Assembly: GCA_020137815.1 (NCBI GenBank)
Contig: CM035361.1
Span: forward strand, 5,642,001 to 5,706,000
Origin: Hormiphora californensis
Lineage: Eukaryota; Animalia; Ctenophora
Length of the DNA: 64,000 nucleotides
Reading direction: 5' to 3'
A program made the translations under genes and the position numbers. Below the pieces are notes generated by a model. That model had not been told where the DNA came from and made no database searches. It saw nothing but the letters and a program-made list of their open reading frames with translations. Positions 23,783 to 37,150 of the stretch are shown here, piece by piece. Each line of letters starts with the position of its first letter. The first letter of the stretch is position 1.

Positions 23783-26700
23783 TTAGTCAACCTCCTCCAT
23801 CTTGGATGCCTCAGTATCGTCTCCTTCCAGAGGTGGGAGATCCTCAATGACCTCCTCACTGGTGCCATCATCCTCAATTCCCAGACCAAGCTCGATCATG
23901 CGGTGGATTCGGCTGCTGTGGGTGGTGGGGTCTTCAAGGGAGAAGCCGGAGGCAAGGAGAGAGGTCTCGAACAAGAGCATGACAAGATCCTTGACCTGTG
24001 GGGGAGTGAGGGGTTAGTTTTACCAGGCCGGGCAAAGGAATCTCTATGGTCCCATCCCTCAATCTCAACCATGGTGGAGACGGCCTCAAAGAAGAAGAAG
24101 AAAGAGGGGTTAGTTTGATATCTGTCCAGATTATTGGGATAGAAACAACTCTTTAGAGTTCTGGTAACAGAGGGGGGGGGGAGACTTACTGCTTTGTCGT
24201 TCTTGTTGTCATCAGCCTTCTTCTTCAGCTCCTTAATGATCAGATGATCAGGGTTCAACTCAAGGTGCTTTTTGGCAGCCATGTAGCCTGTGGTGGGAGG
24301 ATCAGGGTATTAGTATAGTTATTGGGGTGTTTAGGAGTGCGAGGAGTGAATTGGTATAATTATTGGGGTGTTTAGGAGTGGATGAACAGGGTGTCCTATC
24401 ACTTAGACAGCATGAAGTAGTTAAGATGAACTAATAAAAAGCCCCCACTTACCAAGAGAGCTGTTATCTCGAAGGGCCTGAGCCTTCATGATTCGCTCCA
24501 TATTAGCGGTCCATCCGTACTGACTGGTGACAATACAGCAGGGAGAGGTAACGAGCCTCTGGGAGACACACACCTTCTCGACCTTGGCGTCAAGAATGTC
24601 CTTCATGACCTTGCAGAGACCTGGGGTGGAGATGACGGTTAGATGTGGTTCGGAAAGGGGGAGGGTGGTTAGATGTGGTTTAGAAATAGGGGACGGTTAA
24701 ATGTGGTTTAGAATCACGAGATGAAGACCGCGGTTATAAAGGATTTCAGAGAGGTACCTTTAAACTAAGTTAGGAGAAAATAGCTGTATGCTGCAAATGA
24801 CACTTACCCTCATATGTGGCCTTGTCCTCCTCAAACTTCTTCTTGGCGTCTTCATCTTCTGGTAGTTCAACTCCCTCCTTGGTGACGGAAACCAGGTTCT
24901 TGCCTGTGGAGAGGGGGAGGGGTGAAATAGGGATTTTAGCACTGGTTCACAAATTATATCCCGTGGCCGTGGGATTTGGGCGAGTTTAGGTCAATATAAC
25001 AAGTATAACTTTCTCTGTCTCTTACCGTCGTATTCCTTGAGCTGTTGGACACAGTACTCGTCGATGGGCTCGGTCATGTACAGAACCTCGTATCCGTGCT
25101 TCCTGACTCGCTCAACAAAGGCTGAGTTCTTTACGGTGTCCCTGTGGTTAGTTGAGTGGTTAGTTGAGTGGTTAGAGGGGGTTAGTTGAGTGGTTAGAGG
25201 GGGTTAGTTGAGTGGTTAGGAGGGGGGTTTAGTTTAGTGGGTAGAGGGGGGGGGGTTAGTTGAGTGGTTAAAGAGGGGGGTTGGTTAGGTTTAAATGAAA
25301 CTAGAGAGGGCTAGGTTTAAATCTAAAAGATTGGTTAAGATGGCAATGGAAATTATCGGGACAGATGTTTAGAATATTTGAAAACCCACCTGTTCTCTCC
25401 GGTGATGTAGTAGATATCCTTCTGGTTCTCCTTCATTCGGGAAACGTAGTCCTTCAGGGAGGTCCTGGGAGAGAGAGATGGGGTTAGAGACTGAGATATT
25501 GTGGGGTTGGAGACGGAGAGCAGAGACGGATAGATGTATGGGGATATTACCGTGATAAGGGGATGAGATATTAGGGGTTAGGGACATGGTTCTCTGCCAC
25601 TTATTCAAGAAGGATTGAAAGCACATCGGGCGCTAAAATTTGAAGGTCAGCTCCCCCCGTGGAATTTTCTACCATGTGTTTCTCGAAAGTTCCCACAGAA
25701 CGGCCTGGAACGCGCAGCACTCGCGCTGACATTCACAACTTTTCTCACTCGGCCGTTTGGAATTTTCGCGCGCCCACACACACGCGGGGTGTTCATAAAC
25801 ACAGACGGACATACCACATGTTATAACGGCCCCCTAACGGTTGGGAGGGGGACTTGGCAAAATGCCAGAGTCATCAAGCATGGAATTAGGGAAAACAAAG
25901 TGCATTCTTTTGGAAAACTACCACATGTGTTGTCACGCTTGATTTTGGCCCACTGAACCACTATAACTTTAAAAAGAGGGGGTCCTAAATAATTAGACCA
26001 TGGGTGGCGGTGGTAGCGTGCCTCAGGGCTGTATAACTGTTCATACAGTCTTATAGTAGAGGCAATAATTACACTCACCTCCTCTGATTTCTATGAAACT
26101 TCTCCCATGCTAAGAGGTGGCAATAGAGGTTCAAATACCACAGAGTTTAAGTCTGAACAATGTTCGGTTCGTTAATTATCGCTAATTTAAAAACGCCAAA
26201 ATGGCCTAAAATCGCCCTAAGTTCCGAATTGAAATTTTGGAGTTGAGACTCCAGACTTCGTGGAGATGTCCGCTAGGATGACAATATGCACCAAAATCGG
26301 ACGTAAGCCTAAATTCGTCCGAATTTGGTACGAAACGCCGGGTAGACTGAATTTTGGTCACGTGACATGGGTCCAAAATCAGTTTTTTGCCATTTACGCC
26401 TTTCCTGTACGTTGGAGACTAAAAATATGGCCAGTACTTGTCATTTCCATCGCTTTCTGCATCTTTTAAGCCCCCTATAAATATCCCTTACTTCAACGGT
26501 TCAGAAGTGACGTCATTTAGTCCCCTGAAAAACTCTAACTACTGAACCGTTGGAGTAAGGGATATTTATAGGGGGCTTAAAAGATGCAGAAAGCGATGGA
26601 AATGACAAGTACTGGCCATATTTTTAGTCTCCGACGTACAGGAAAGGCGTAAATGGCAAAAAACTGATTTTGGACCCATGTCACGTGACCAAAATTCAGT

Positions 26701-27034
26701 CTACCCGGCTTTTCGTACCGAATTCGGACGAATTTAGGCTTCCGTCCGATTTTGGTGCATATTGTCATCCTAGCGGACATCTCCACGAAGTCTGGAGTCT
26801 CAACTCCAAAATTTCAATTCGGAACTTAGGGCGATTTTAGGCCATTTTGGCGTTTTTCAATTAGCGATAATTGACGAACCGAACATTGTTCAGACTTGAA
26901 CTCAGCGGTATTTGAACCTCTATTGCCACCTCTTAGCATGGGAGAAGTTTCATAGAAATCAGAGGAGGTGAGTGTAATTATTGCCTCTACTATTAATTAA
27001 AAACGGGACGCGAGAGAGAGAGAGAGAGAGAGAG

Positions 27035-27111
<77 letters not shown>

Positions 27112-29486
27112 AAGAGAGAGAGAGATAAAGAGATACTACTTACATCTCATCACCACTGTGAGAGCTGTAATACAGGAGGAGATCGCTCAACTTCTTTCGG
27201 TTGGTAGAGTCCTCGTGGATTCCCAGTTTTAGGTTCTTTCCTGAGGGAGAAGGGGGGTTTAGATGTTATAACCAGAGAGAGAGAGAGAGGGTGAGTTAGT
27301 TGAGTTTTGGGTGAGAGGAATGTGGCTTGAGAAAATTAGGAGAGAGGCACTAAATTAAAACAGACTTCCTACATAATAATGCAGTAGTATCCAGTGCATG
27401 TTGAATTCGTTACCAAGGTGACTGTATGACGTCACGATGACGTAATTTTGTAATGATCAAGGCAGGCATTATGTCACAGTTGCAGTGGGGGGTCAAAGTT
27501 CGATCAAGACAGGGAATCAGAACAAACCAACAGACACTCAGATCTAACCACGGAGGTCCAACAAAATGTACTTCACAGTTTGTAACTTACCGAACTGCTC
27601 GTAGAATTTCTTGAAGTTGTCCTTGTCCTCGTAGATCTCCATCATTAGCTCAACACACTTCTTAACCAGGTTCTTCCTGATCACCTGGAGAGGGAGGTAG
27701 TGAGGGTTAGATGGGAGCCTCCCATAGGGAGGGGGAGATAGTTCGTTAGATAGAAAGGAGAGAGGGATAGAGATTATATGAGACGGTTCGAAGAGTGGAA
27801 TGGGAGTGGAATACAGGAGTTGCTATTCTTTCAAAACAGAGTGTTTGAAAAAAAGGGGACTGGGTCATAGAAGGAGGGGACTCAATACCTTGAGGATCTT
27901 GCTCTGCTGGAGCATCTCTCGAGAAATGTTGAGGGGTAGATCCTCACTGTCAACAACACCCTTGATAAAGTTGAGGTATTCAGGCATCAGTTCGTCACAA
28001 TTCTCCATGATGAACACTCGCCTCACGTACCTGGGTGGGAGAGGGGGGTTAATGAGAGGGTGGGGGAGAGAAGAGGGGGAGGAAGGGGGTTAGAGGGAGG
28101 GGGAGGAAGGGGTGACGGGGGTTAGAGTTAGGGGAGTCTCACGTACCTGGGGTGGGAGAGAGAGGGTAAGTTGGTGGAATGATGGTCACATTTTGGGAAC
28201 ATGGGCCGGGGCCCGGGTTGAAAGGGACAAGATAGAAAGAGCTATCACACAGTAATGCAAGCTGCACAGCGGGGGACATGTAGGACCGGAAGTGGTGGTC
28301 TGGTTTGCTAGTCTAGACTTGCAGTGTTCTAAAGCTAGCCTAGTGAGTATAGTAAATAGTGGAGATCGGGGGAAAGGGCATAAGGAAGAAGGGGGAATTG
28401 GAAGGAGGGTATCAAGGGGGAACAAGGGATTAGGAAGGGGATCGGGGGAGATATTTAGGCTACTGTAATTATTGGTAAATGTCACTTTATTGTTTTACAT
28501 TCGAAAAGGTATCAGTAAATGTAAAGATATTTCAATTGATCTACTCACAGTTTGACGCTGTTCTTCATCTTCCTGTTCTCGAACATATCAAAGGGGGCTC
28601 TCTTGGGGATGAACACCAGAGCACGGAACTCAAGCTGTCCCTCAACAGAGAAGTGCTTTACAGCCAGGTGGTTTTCCCAATCATTGGTCAGGGACTTGTA
28701 GAAGCTACCGTACTCTTCCTGTGAAAGAGGGGAGGGGTGGAGGTTGGATAGCCACCTAGCTGTCACAGAAGGAGAGGGGTGTTTTTTGTGGCGACAGTGA
28801 TATCGATACTGATATCAGTATAGGCACTGTTCCACTAATTAGATCAATTATCCAAAGCACCTAATTAATTAACTAATTAACTTCAACAATTAACTAATTA
28901 ATTACCTCAGTGATATCGTCAGGGTTCCTTGTCCAAATTGGCTTGGTTTTGTTCAACTCCTCCAACTCGTTGTACTTCTCCTTGATTGTCTTCTTTTTCT
29001 TCTCCTTCTCTTTCTCCTCATCTACATCCTCGATCTGATGGAGGAAGGGAGAGGGGTTTGTAATCAAAGTAGTAAGAGAGGGGTTGGTGAGAACAGAATA
29101 AGGGGAAATGCAGATGTTATGGTTCTATAGTTACTAAACAAACTGAAAACTACCTGGCAACTTACCTTGGGGGTATCCTCAGCGTCCTCTCCTTCCTCCT
29201 TCTTCTCTTCCTCTTCCTCCTCTTCATCTTCACTGAGCTCCTTCTCTCGCTCCTTCTCAACCTGGAGGAAGGGAACAATGTGGGTTATTGGAGGGGGTTT
29301 ATTGGAGGGGGTTTATTGGGGGATCTTGTGGGTTAATATTGGAAGTCTTCTCTCGATAAATTTGAGTTCATCATTATTGATCAGACCAAGATTCAAGATG
29401 TAATGTGGTGTGAAAAGTGTGGCAGGTTTCCACCAGCCCACGCAACATTGAGTAAGTAGTAAAAGAGAGAGAGAGAGAGAGAGATA

Positions 29487-29540
<54 letters not shown>

Positions 29541-30763
29541 GAGTGAGAGAGAGATAGATAGAGAGTGAGGGAGAGCTCACACTTTTTAACTGCCAGCACA
29601 AGATACTGAAACTCTGGAATCTGCCACCCAAATTTTGCCCCCTTCTTAAAGATCTATCCAAAATTTCAACTTGTTATCTGCATCTCCCTCACAAAATGAG
29701 CCCTATTTCTAGACTCCCTCTCTCTCATACCTGTAGTTTGATGGGGTATCCAATGAACTGAGAGTGTTTCTTGATGATATCCTTTAGCCTCTTCTCCTCC
29801 AGATACTCGGTCATATCCTCCCTCATATAGAGAATGATCTTGGTTCCTCGGCCGATATCTTCAGCTTCGGCGTCCTTGAGAGAGGTAGATGTTAGTAAGA
29901 GAGGGGAAGGAGGGAGTTAGAGTGGTTATCGAGCGGGGTTGATGGAGGAATTGTATTGTATGGTCCTAGGATAACACTATATCGTCCTAGAAGACATTAT
30001 GATATATATTGTATTGTAATGGTATATTAACCTGGTGAATGGTGAAAGAACCTCCAGCACTACTGGTCCAGATATACTGTTCATCGTCATTGTTCTTAGA
30101 GTGAACCTCAACACGATCAGCGACAAGGTAGGCAGAGTAGAAACCCACACCAAACTGTCCAATCATACTAATATCAGCACCAGCAGATAGGGCCTCCATG
30201 AATGATTTGGTGCCAGACTTGGCGATCGTTCCTGGGAGAGAGAGAAGTGATTTAGAGAAAGGGGTAATGGTGGGAGAGATGTTGGTGGAGATAGATAGCG
30301 AGAGCGATAGAGAGCGGGAGAGGGATAGGAGAGATATATAAAACAAGAAGTCTTAAAAAACTAAACATCATCAAACTTACCCAGATTGTTGACAAGATCA
30401 GCCTTGGTCATTCCAATACCGGTATCAAACAGTGTCAGTGTGTTATCATCTTTGTTAGGGATGATTTTGATCTCAAGATCCTTCTCGGCCTCTAGGGCAC
30501 TGGGATCTGTCAGTGACTGATATCGGATCTTGTCCAAAGCCTGGTGATAAAACAGGGTCAGTCTCACAAACTAAGGAACAAGAATCAAATAGGAACAAGA
30601 CTATCAAAGAATGGCAAAAACAATGTTTCAGACTCACATCAGAGGCGTTGGAGACCAATTCTCGAACAAAGATTTCTTTGTTACTATAGAAAGTATTGAT
30701 AATCAAGCTCATCAACTGAGCAATCTCAGCCTGGAAGGCAAAGGTTTCGGCATTTTCGGCCAT
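23783..30763 (-). CDS. HSP90: Cytosolic heat shock protein 90, ~16 exons
   Basis: [71 protein letters not shown], and C-terminal MEEVD*. Approximate exons: 30638-30763, 30381-30540, 30032-30231, 29731-29874, 29166-29261, 28905-29034, 28549-28718, 27889-28030, 27591-27685, 27143-27240, 25390-25464, 25026-25141, 24808-24903, 24453-24620, 24190-24287, 23783-23995. Confidence 0.98.
26054..26992. mobile_element. ~940-bp foldback element, TAGTA...TACTA ends, 3-bp TSD (tta), in an Hsp90 intron
   Basis: tta|tagtagaggcaataattacactc ... gagtgtaattattgcctctacta|tta. Arms of ~450 bp around a ~37-nt loop. Confidence 0.9.
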
Positions 30764-30880
30764 CGTTGAGAGAGTATTTCCAAGTTAACGTCGAGAGATG
30801 AACGAAAGTTGCAGGTAGGTGCTGGTAAAACTAGCGATACCGCTCTGGTGAGGCAGGCTGTGGGCGAGGGAAGGACGCTC

Positions 30881-30925
30881 ATTGGTCAACACACCATGTG
30901 ACGTCACGGAATGTTCTCGAGATTC
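30881..30925. promoter_or_regulatory. Hsp90/MTAP divergent promoter core: CCAAT box, CRE palindrome and heat-shock element
   Basis: attgg at 30881, gtgacgtcac at 30898-30907, and GAAtgTTCtcGAgaTTC at 30909-30925 (nGAAn inverted array). All fall within the 384 bp between the two ATGs. Confidence 0.65.
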
Positions 30926-31147
30926 ATCCAACGCGACTTTGAATTTCGACTATCAGACTCTTGAGTGCGCGCAAAGATTTTATTGAAACTGCGCTGCCGT
31001 TTTACCGCGCGTTACTGCATTCCAAAAAATCCGACCGGAAAATATTGAAATTCTGAGTTTCCCGAAAATCGGAAACACGTGGGAGTGAAAGTCAGCACTT
31101 TTAACTTCTTCCGTTTCCCGTCCCGTGTCTGCTAAATTAAACTCAAA

Positions 31148-34100
31148 ATGAAGATTGGTATTATTGGAGGAACGGGTCTGGACAACCCAGACATTATGTC
31201 AAACATCACTGAAATGAGGTTCGAACTTGCCCCACCTGACCCCTCCCCAGCGCAGACCCCATTTTGATCCTTCCCCGGTTGGACTTCTCTGTCCTCTAAG
31301 ACTAAGAGGCCAGGCCAAGATTCTTCGCCCAAGTAGATGGCTTGTTAAATTCGTAAACTTAAGCCATCTTACTCTACAGATATGACGAGTCTCAAAATGC
31401 ACCAGCTAAAAACGGTGAACCCGCTTCGTATGGCGATCCCTCAGACCCACTTGTGACCGGTAAATTAATTGTCAATTCTCCCAGCTTCTATTACTAATTT
31501 AACGTGGCTGAATAAGCTCGAAGATCTCTGGGATATTAGCGACTAATTGAAGCTGATCTTTTCTAGCTGCTAAGACTGCTAAGACTTAGCAATTAACACA
31601 CTTGGTTCCTTCAGGTGAAATCGAAGGGGTCGGTGTGGCACTGTTAGGTCGACATGGTCGGGACCACCGCTTTTCACCCACCAACGTGAACTATCGGGCA
31701 AACCTTCTCTCGCTACGCAACTATGGTAAGTCTAGATTAGTCTCATTATGTGCTTTATAAATGTCCCTCACTTGCCGTGCTAATCATGATCACCCTCTTC
31801 TTATACGAACATAACTCCCACTTCTACTGAGCTTGTCCCACCCACTTCTGCTACTACTTCCTATGGCAGCAGCCTGCAGCAGTAGTCACGATAACATGTT
31901 GACGACATAATGGCATATACAATATTTCAAATGGGGGGGGGGAGTTCATTATCAGTAGCTCTCGTGACTCTTTAACATCTGGTATTTTGTTAAAATCACG
32001 CACTGGCCGCACATGACACACAGTGTGGCATTTCTTGTAATTTGAACTGCCTGCTATCATGGATGGAAGTTAAAAAGGCAGGCACCGTCTGTTTGTCTGT
32101 ATACTGCTGGATTTACAGATGGTTGTTTGGATATACATATCTGAAACTATCATCTCATTCAATATTTATTCCACACAATATATCTACTTCAGAAATCAAT
32201 AATATCTTTGTGTACAAGTAAAACAAGGAAGTTTTAGTTCAACAGTTTACACATGTTTCAATACAATTGTATTTCATCAGAACTGAATCACACTTGTCCC
32301 GTTCCTCCTCGCAACCGTGAGTAGAGCACTCTCCGGGACAAGGACCATCAACTATAATATCTTTGTGTAGGTATATTCCTGTGATTTAATTTTCAGTACC
32401 CACTGCAAGTTGCCACAACTGGTTTACACTCATGTGTCTATTCGAAAAAAGAAAACGCCTTATTTGGTCATGTTACCACTCCAAATATGGTCAATAAACC
32501 GCAAGATTGACGCATGCCATGACACTCCTCACGTGTCACACAGCCAGGGGGGCCCTCACGTACAGCAATGTATCCAAACACATGAGGTCTCATACTGCAG
32601 TTAACTGCCACGTACAGCAATGTATCCTGCAAACATGGGGTCTCATGTGTTATAGCTTATACCCCAAGTAACAGTTGTCTCAATATAGTTGAATTCAGAC
32701 TACGTCCTGAGAGAATAATAATAATAATAAATTATGACATCAATGTCATCTCATATATTTTCTCAAACTTTCTTTACCCTATTCAACTTCATAACCTTCA
32801 AAGAGTTAAAATAAATATATTTATCTCTTACATAACATCTTATTTAAATCACTTCTGAATTTCAATATACGTTGATTCCTTTGCATTTGGCAAATTTAGG
32901 ATTAGAAATCATATAATTCACGTAGGCATCACGCCCGTCAGCACGTAGTTTATCATAAATCAATGAGCTAAGCTCCCAGAATTGGCCATTGGAAGGTAAA
33001 CCAGCTGATGTAATCCCCACCTTGTACTTCTCCAAACGGGCTTTGAAAGCATTTACTGATGGGGCTTCTTTCACTGTCGCAGGTAGCTTGTTCCAGTAGT
33101 TGGCACATCTGTTAAAAAACACAGAGTCACCCTTGGAGTCTTTCAAGATGTTTGCACCACTCCTCGACAAACGAAACAAGTCCTGCCCGTATCGAACCTT
33201 TCCAGTGATGATCTTGTATGCCTCGATCAGGTCACCCCGCATTCGTCTCTCTAGGAGAGTTGTAAGTTCAAGTTCCTTCAGTCGCTCTTCATAAGTGAGA
33301 AGCCCGATTCCATCAATCAGTCTGGTGAACGATCTCTGAACATCCTCCAATTCCATGATCAGCTTCCAGTAACCATCAGTAGAGAAGGTAGCTAAAACAG
33401 CAGGCTGGACACAGTTTCCCAGCAGCTTCTCTATATCCTTCTATCATTCCTTTCAGGGTGTGATTTGATATATATATTTCAGGGTGTGACTTGATATACA
33501 GTCGGACCCCGATTTAGGGACACCCTCGGGGGAAAGGCTCTTGTCCACTAAATCGGGGTGTCCACTAAATCGGGGTCAAATAAGGTTAATTTCCTATATC
33601 GGGGGAAAAAATTCCTGTCCCTAAATCGGGGTGCCACTAAATCGGGGGCCCCTAAATCGGGGTCCGACTGTATATGTTTCAGGGTGTGACTTGATATATA
33701 TGTTTCAGGGTGTGATTTGATGCATATGTTTCAGGGTGTGATCTGATAATTGCAACATACAGCGTTGGATCCTTACGAGAGGACTACAAACCTGGCGATT
33801 TTGCAGTTCTTGATCAGGTAACTAGGTTACTAGGTAACTAGGTAACTAACTGATCTAGAGTCATGTTGAGTAAACTGGGTCTCTCTCGCCCCTTGCTCAA
33901 CAAATAACTCGGGCAGAAAAGAGGGCTAAATATGACAAATTTGGGAAGATGTACCTCACTATATTTGTCATAGTTATTTTCCTGATCCCTGCACTTTCCA
34001 AACATCCCCCTCCCTTGTGTGGAGAATCAATCCAATTATAACACAGTATAATTGTTTCTCTACCTAGGTGATTGATAGAACTCAAAAGCGGGATCTGACA

Positions 34101-36250
34101 TTTTTTGATGGAAAGGAAACTAGTTTTGGAGGGGTATGCCATGTGTCATTTGGAGATCCTTACTCACCTGAATTACGAGAGGTAACTACATTGCCATTAT
34201 ACGTATGATATGTGATATGAATTAAGTCACACTGCTGCAATAAACTCGGGTTTTTTGAAGTTGTCACAAAATTCGACGTTTGGGGTGACAACTTCAAAAA
34301 ATCCGACTTAAGTGATGCTAACCCTATATAGTTGCAGGAATTTTCCTCCAATCTCGAAGCTCACACCGTGTACATTTCACTTTGCGTGAACTGATTTGTT
34401 TCACAGTTATCGCTTACACGACACACGTACCGTTTCTTCTATCTGCTCGCACTTTCCCCTCACTTCTCACACTATATGTATGAACATCGTGGCAGCTGGA
34501 TCTCTGTAATTGTAGTGAGAAATAGAAAATAGAAAATGAGAGATCTAAGTAATTTCTCATCCTTGAAAAGCGGCCTACATTTTGGGAAGCATGGGCCTCT
34601 CTTTTTGCTCACTAGTTTGTGTAGGGAAGACCATCACATGCAGATCATAACAAAAAGACGAGCATTATATCATGTGAAAGAGAAAAGAGGTGTGTGATTT
34701 ATGTGTATAATCATTAGCTCAAACATCCCAATCCAACCAGATGAGTCTTCAGTTAACTAATTGATCTCCTAATTAACTAATTATACCCGTGCTGCCTAGG
34801 TGTTGATAGATGCAGCATCCAAGATGGATTTTACCATTCACTCCAGTGGAACAGCAGTGGCAGTTGAGGGTCCTCGATTCTCCTCTAGAGCCGAGGTAAT
34901 GAAATCAAAATTGAAAATCTCCTAACTTGACATCCTAACCATATTGAGAAAAAGATACCAAGGTAGACCTCTTCCTAAAACCCCTTCCCTCTCTTAATTA
35001 GAGCAAGATCTAAAACCCCTTCCCTCTCTTTAGACCTCTTCCTAAAACCCCTTCCCTCTCTTTAGACCTCTTCCTAAAACCCCTTCCCTCTCTTTAGACC
35101 TCTTCCTAAATCCCCTTCCCTCTCTTTAGAGCAAGATCTAAATCCCCCTCCCTCTCTTTAGACCTCTTCCTAAAACCCCTTCCCTCTCTTTAGACCTCTT
35201 CCTAAAACCCCCTCCCTCTCTTTAGACCTCTACCTAAAACCCCTTCCCTCTCTTTAGACCTCTTCCTAAATCCCCCTCCCTCTCTTTAGACCTCTTCCTA
35301 AAACCCCTTCCCTCTCTTTAGACCTCTTCCTAAAACCCCTTCCCTCTCTTTAGACCTCTTCCTAAATCCCCTTCCCTCTCTTTAGAGCAAGATCTAAATC
35401 CCCCTCCCTCTCTTTAGACCTCTTCCTAAAACCCCTTCCTCTCTTTAGAGCAAGATCTAAATCCCCCTCCCTCTCTTTAATAGAGCAAGATGTACCAGTC
35501 ATGGGGATGTGATGTGGTCGGGATGACTCAGGTCCCGGAAGCCCAATTAGCACGGGAACTACACATCCCGTTTCTGGGGGTTGCCATGGTGACGGATTAT
35601 GATTGTTGGAGGGAGGGCGAGGAGAGTGTCACACAGGAATCTGTCTGTAGGGTAAGTTGTGAACCGCACATTTTCGATATCCCCGATATTCCCATTACTC
35701 CTTCTAGAAGAAGCTTTTTCGATTATTTTAGGCTTACGATGTTTGTCTGTTTGTACTTTGTATAGATCCGGACCATAAATGTCTTATCATATTAGGGCTT
35801 AGGCAAACTAGACGAGACACTATTTACCCTGATGTTTAGTAACAAGGTTAAAATTTCACTCCGGACATATGTTTTTTGCAAAGCACCTTGTGTGATATTA
35901 CCCGAAACCATGTAAACATGGTGTAACTGCAACGTTCTTGTTGTTGTCAGTTAGAAGTCATGTTACCCGTGTTAGACAGTGCGGGCAACATACCGATCAT
36001 GAATCAACTAAAAATCAACTACCAATCAATTACCAATCAATCACCAATCAGTTACCAATCAACTACCAAACAATTACCAATCAATTAACAATCAACTACC
36101 AGTTAATTACCAATCATCTCCCTCCTGCAGATGTTATCGGGAAACAGAGATAAGATGATCAGGTATATAAGGGAGGTTATACCCCTTCTAAAGGATCGCT
36201 TCACACCACCCGCCACTAAGAAAGCTCCAGGAGAGGGGGACTTGTTATAA
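31148..36250 (+). CDS. MTAP: S-methyl-5'-thioadenosine phosphorylase, 8 exons
   Basis: MKIGIIGGTGL, LLGRHGRDH..PTNVNYRAN, VGSLREDYKPGDF, VEGPRFSSRAES, VVGMTQVPEAQLARE, MVTDYDCWRE. Approximate exons: 31148-31218, 31380-31459, 31615-31725, 33735-33817, 34068-34181, 34800-34895, 35484-35651, 36131-36250. Confidence 0.95.
32760..33380 (-). mobile_element. 5'-truncated CR1-type LINE remnant (ORF2 C-terminus plus 3' UTR) in MTAP intron 3
   Basis: LEDVQRSFTRLI..LTYEERLKELELTTLLERRMRGDLIEAYKII..FFNRCANYWNKLP..SVNAFKARL is the typical CR1 ORF2 C-terminal motif series. Confidence 0.88.
33499..33670. mobile_element. CAGTCGGACCCC MITE (TA TSD), inserted into an acceptor-repeat array
   Basis: TIRs and TA flanks present. 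A near-identical inverted copy lies at 40984-41152. Confidence 0.9.
34965..35483 (+). repeat. ~30-bp pyrimidine-rich tandem repeat filling MTAP intron 6
   Basis: ctaaaaccccttccctctctttagacctcttc repeated ~16-17 times. Four units read tag-agcaagat, like the true acceptor and exon start. Confidence 0.9.
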
Positions 36251-36341
36251 GAATTAGTTATTTTAAATAATTAATTTACTAATTAGTAGTAACGATGTTC
36301 TGATCTGATGTTTAGTTTCTATCTAATTGATTAAAATAAAA

Positions 36342-36713
36342 GGTAGGCGGTAAATGTTAACCAGATCTGAGAGAAAACGTACGTGCAAAACCACGTTTTT
36401 GTCCATAACTCAGTCATTTCTTGACCAATTTGCAAAATCTTGGGCGCGTTGGAAAGAAGACATTGAGCTCTTTCAAATGAGCCCAATAAAACTAAAATCG
36501 GCGCAAAATGAGCGGCGTCATGGCGCAAAATGCGCGTTTTCGCCACCACGCCGCGCAATTTGCGCCAATTTTCATTTTCTTGAGCTCATTTGAGAGATCT
36601 CAATGTCCTCTTTCCAATGAGCCAAAGATTTTGCAAATTGGTCAAGAAATGGCTGAGTTATGGGCCAAAACGTGCGAAATTCTCACAGATCTGGTTAACA
36701 TTTACCGCCTACC
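36342..36713. mobile_element. Mutator-like hairpin MITE, 9-bp TSD aaaataaaa
   Basis: aaaataaaa|ggtaggcggtaaatgttaaccagatctg ... cagatctggttaacatttaccgcctacc|aaaataaaa. Confidence 0.85.
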
Positions 36714-37041
36714 AAAATAAAACTAGGTGAGTTTTGTGTGTTGTGAAGTATGTGGGAATTATCTAACTTATTATAATCGGGGGGTTGTGTAATATGGTCT
36801 TTTTAGTGTGTATAATTACAATACCGATATTGACATCTGATCTGTTATCTGTATCAGTTTAGATCTTTTTAGAGTTAATTAACATAAAATAACCGCGTTT
36901 TATTTTTGACCGCCTCAACTACTATTTGCTAATATCACCCAACAGTGTTCATTGATTGGCTGTGTAGCAATCCCTGTATCAACCCCCCCCCCCCTCCGCC
37001 CCGCCTCCCCTCCCCCACCCGCCTCCCCACCCCCACCCGCC

Positions 37042-37098
37042 CTGTATGGCGGCGCCCATACCCCAATTTGATGCGCTCAGATCGGCGGCGCCAGACAG
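37042..37098. mobile_element. 57-bp micro-MITE with 8-bp TSD
   Basis: cacccgcc|ctgtatggcggcgcc...ggcgccagacag|cacccgcc. Confidence 0.8.
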
Positions 37099-37150
37099 CA
37101 CCCGCCGGGGTATACAAACTGAAAACACGGTATATTTATCTGGCATGTTA

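Noticed and set aside
26260-26786. Mirror-image 69-aa ORF pair
   Set aside because: A consequence of the palindrome arms; GTG start and no recognisable domain.
9447-36250. Purine-salvage 'cluster' of 5'-nucleotidase and MTAP around Hsp90
   Set aside because: The genes are on opposite strands and separated by Hsp90. Proximity alone is not evidence of functional clustering without synteny data.
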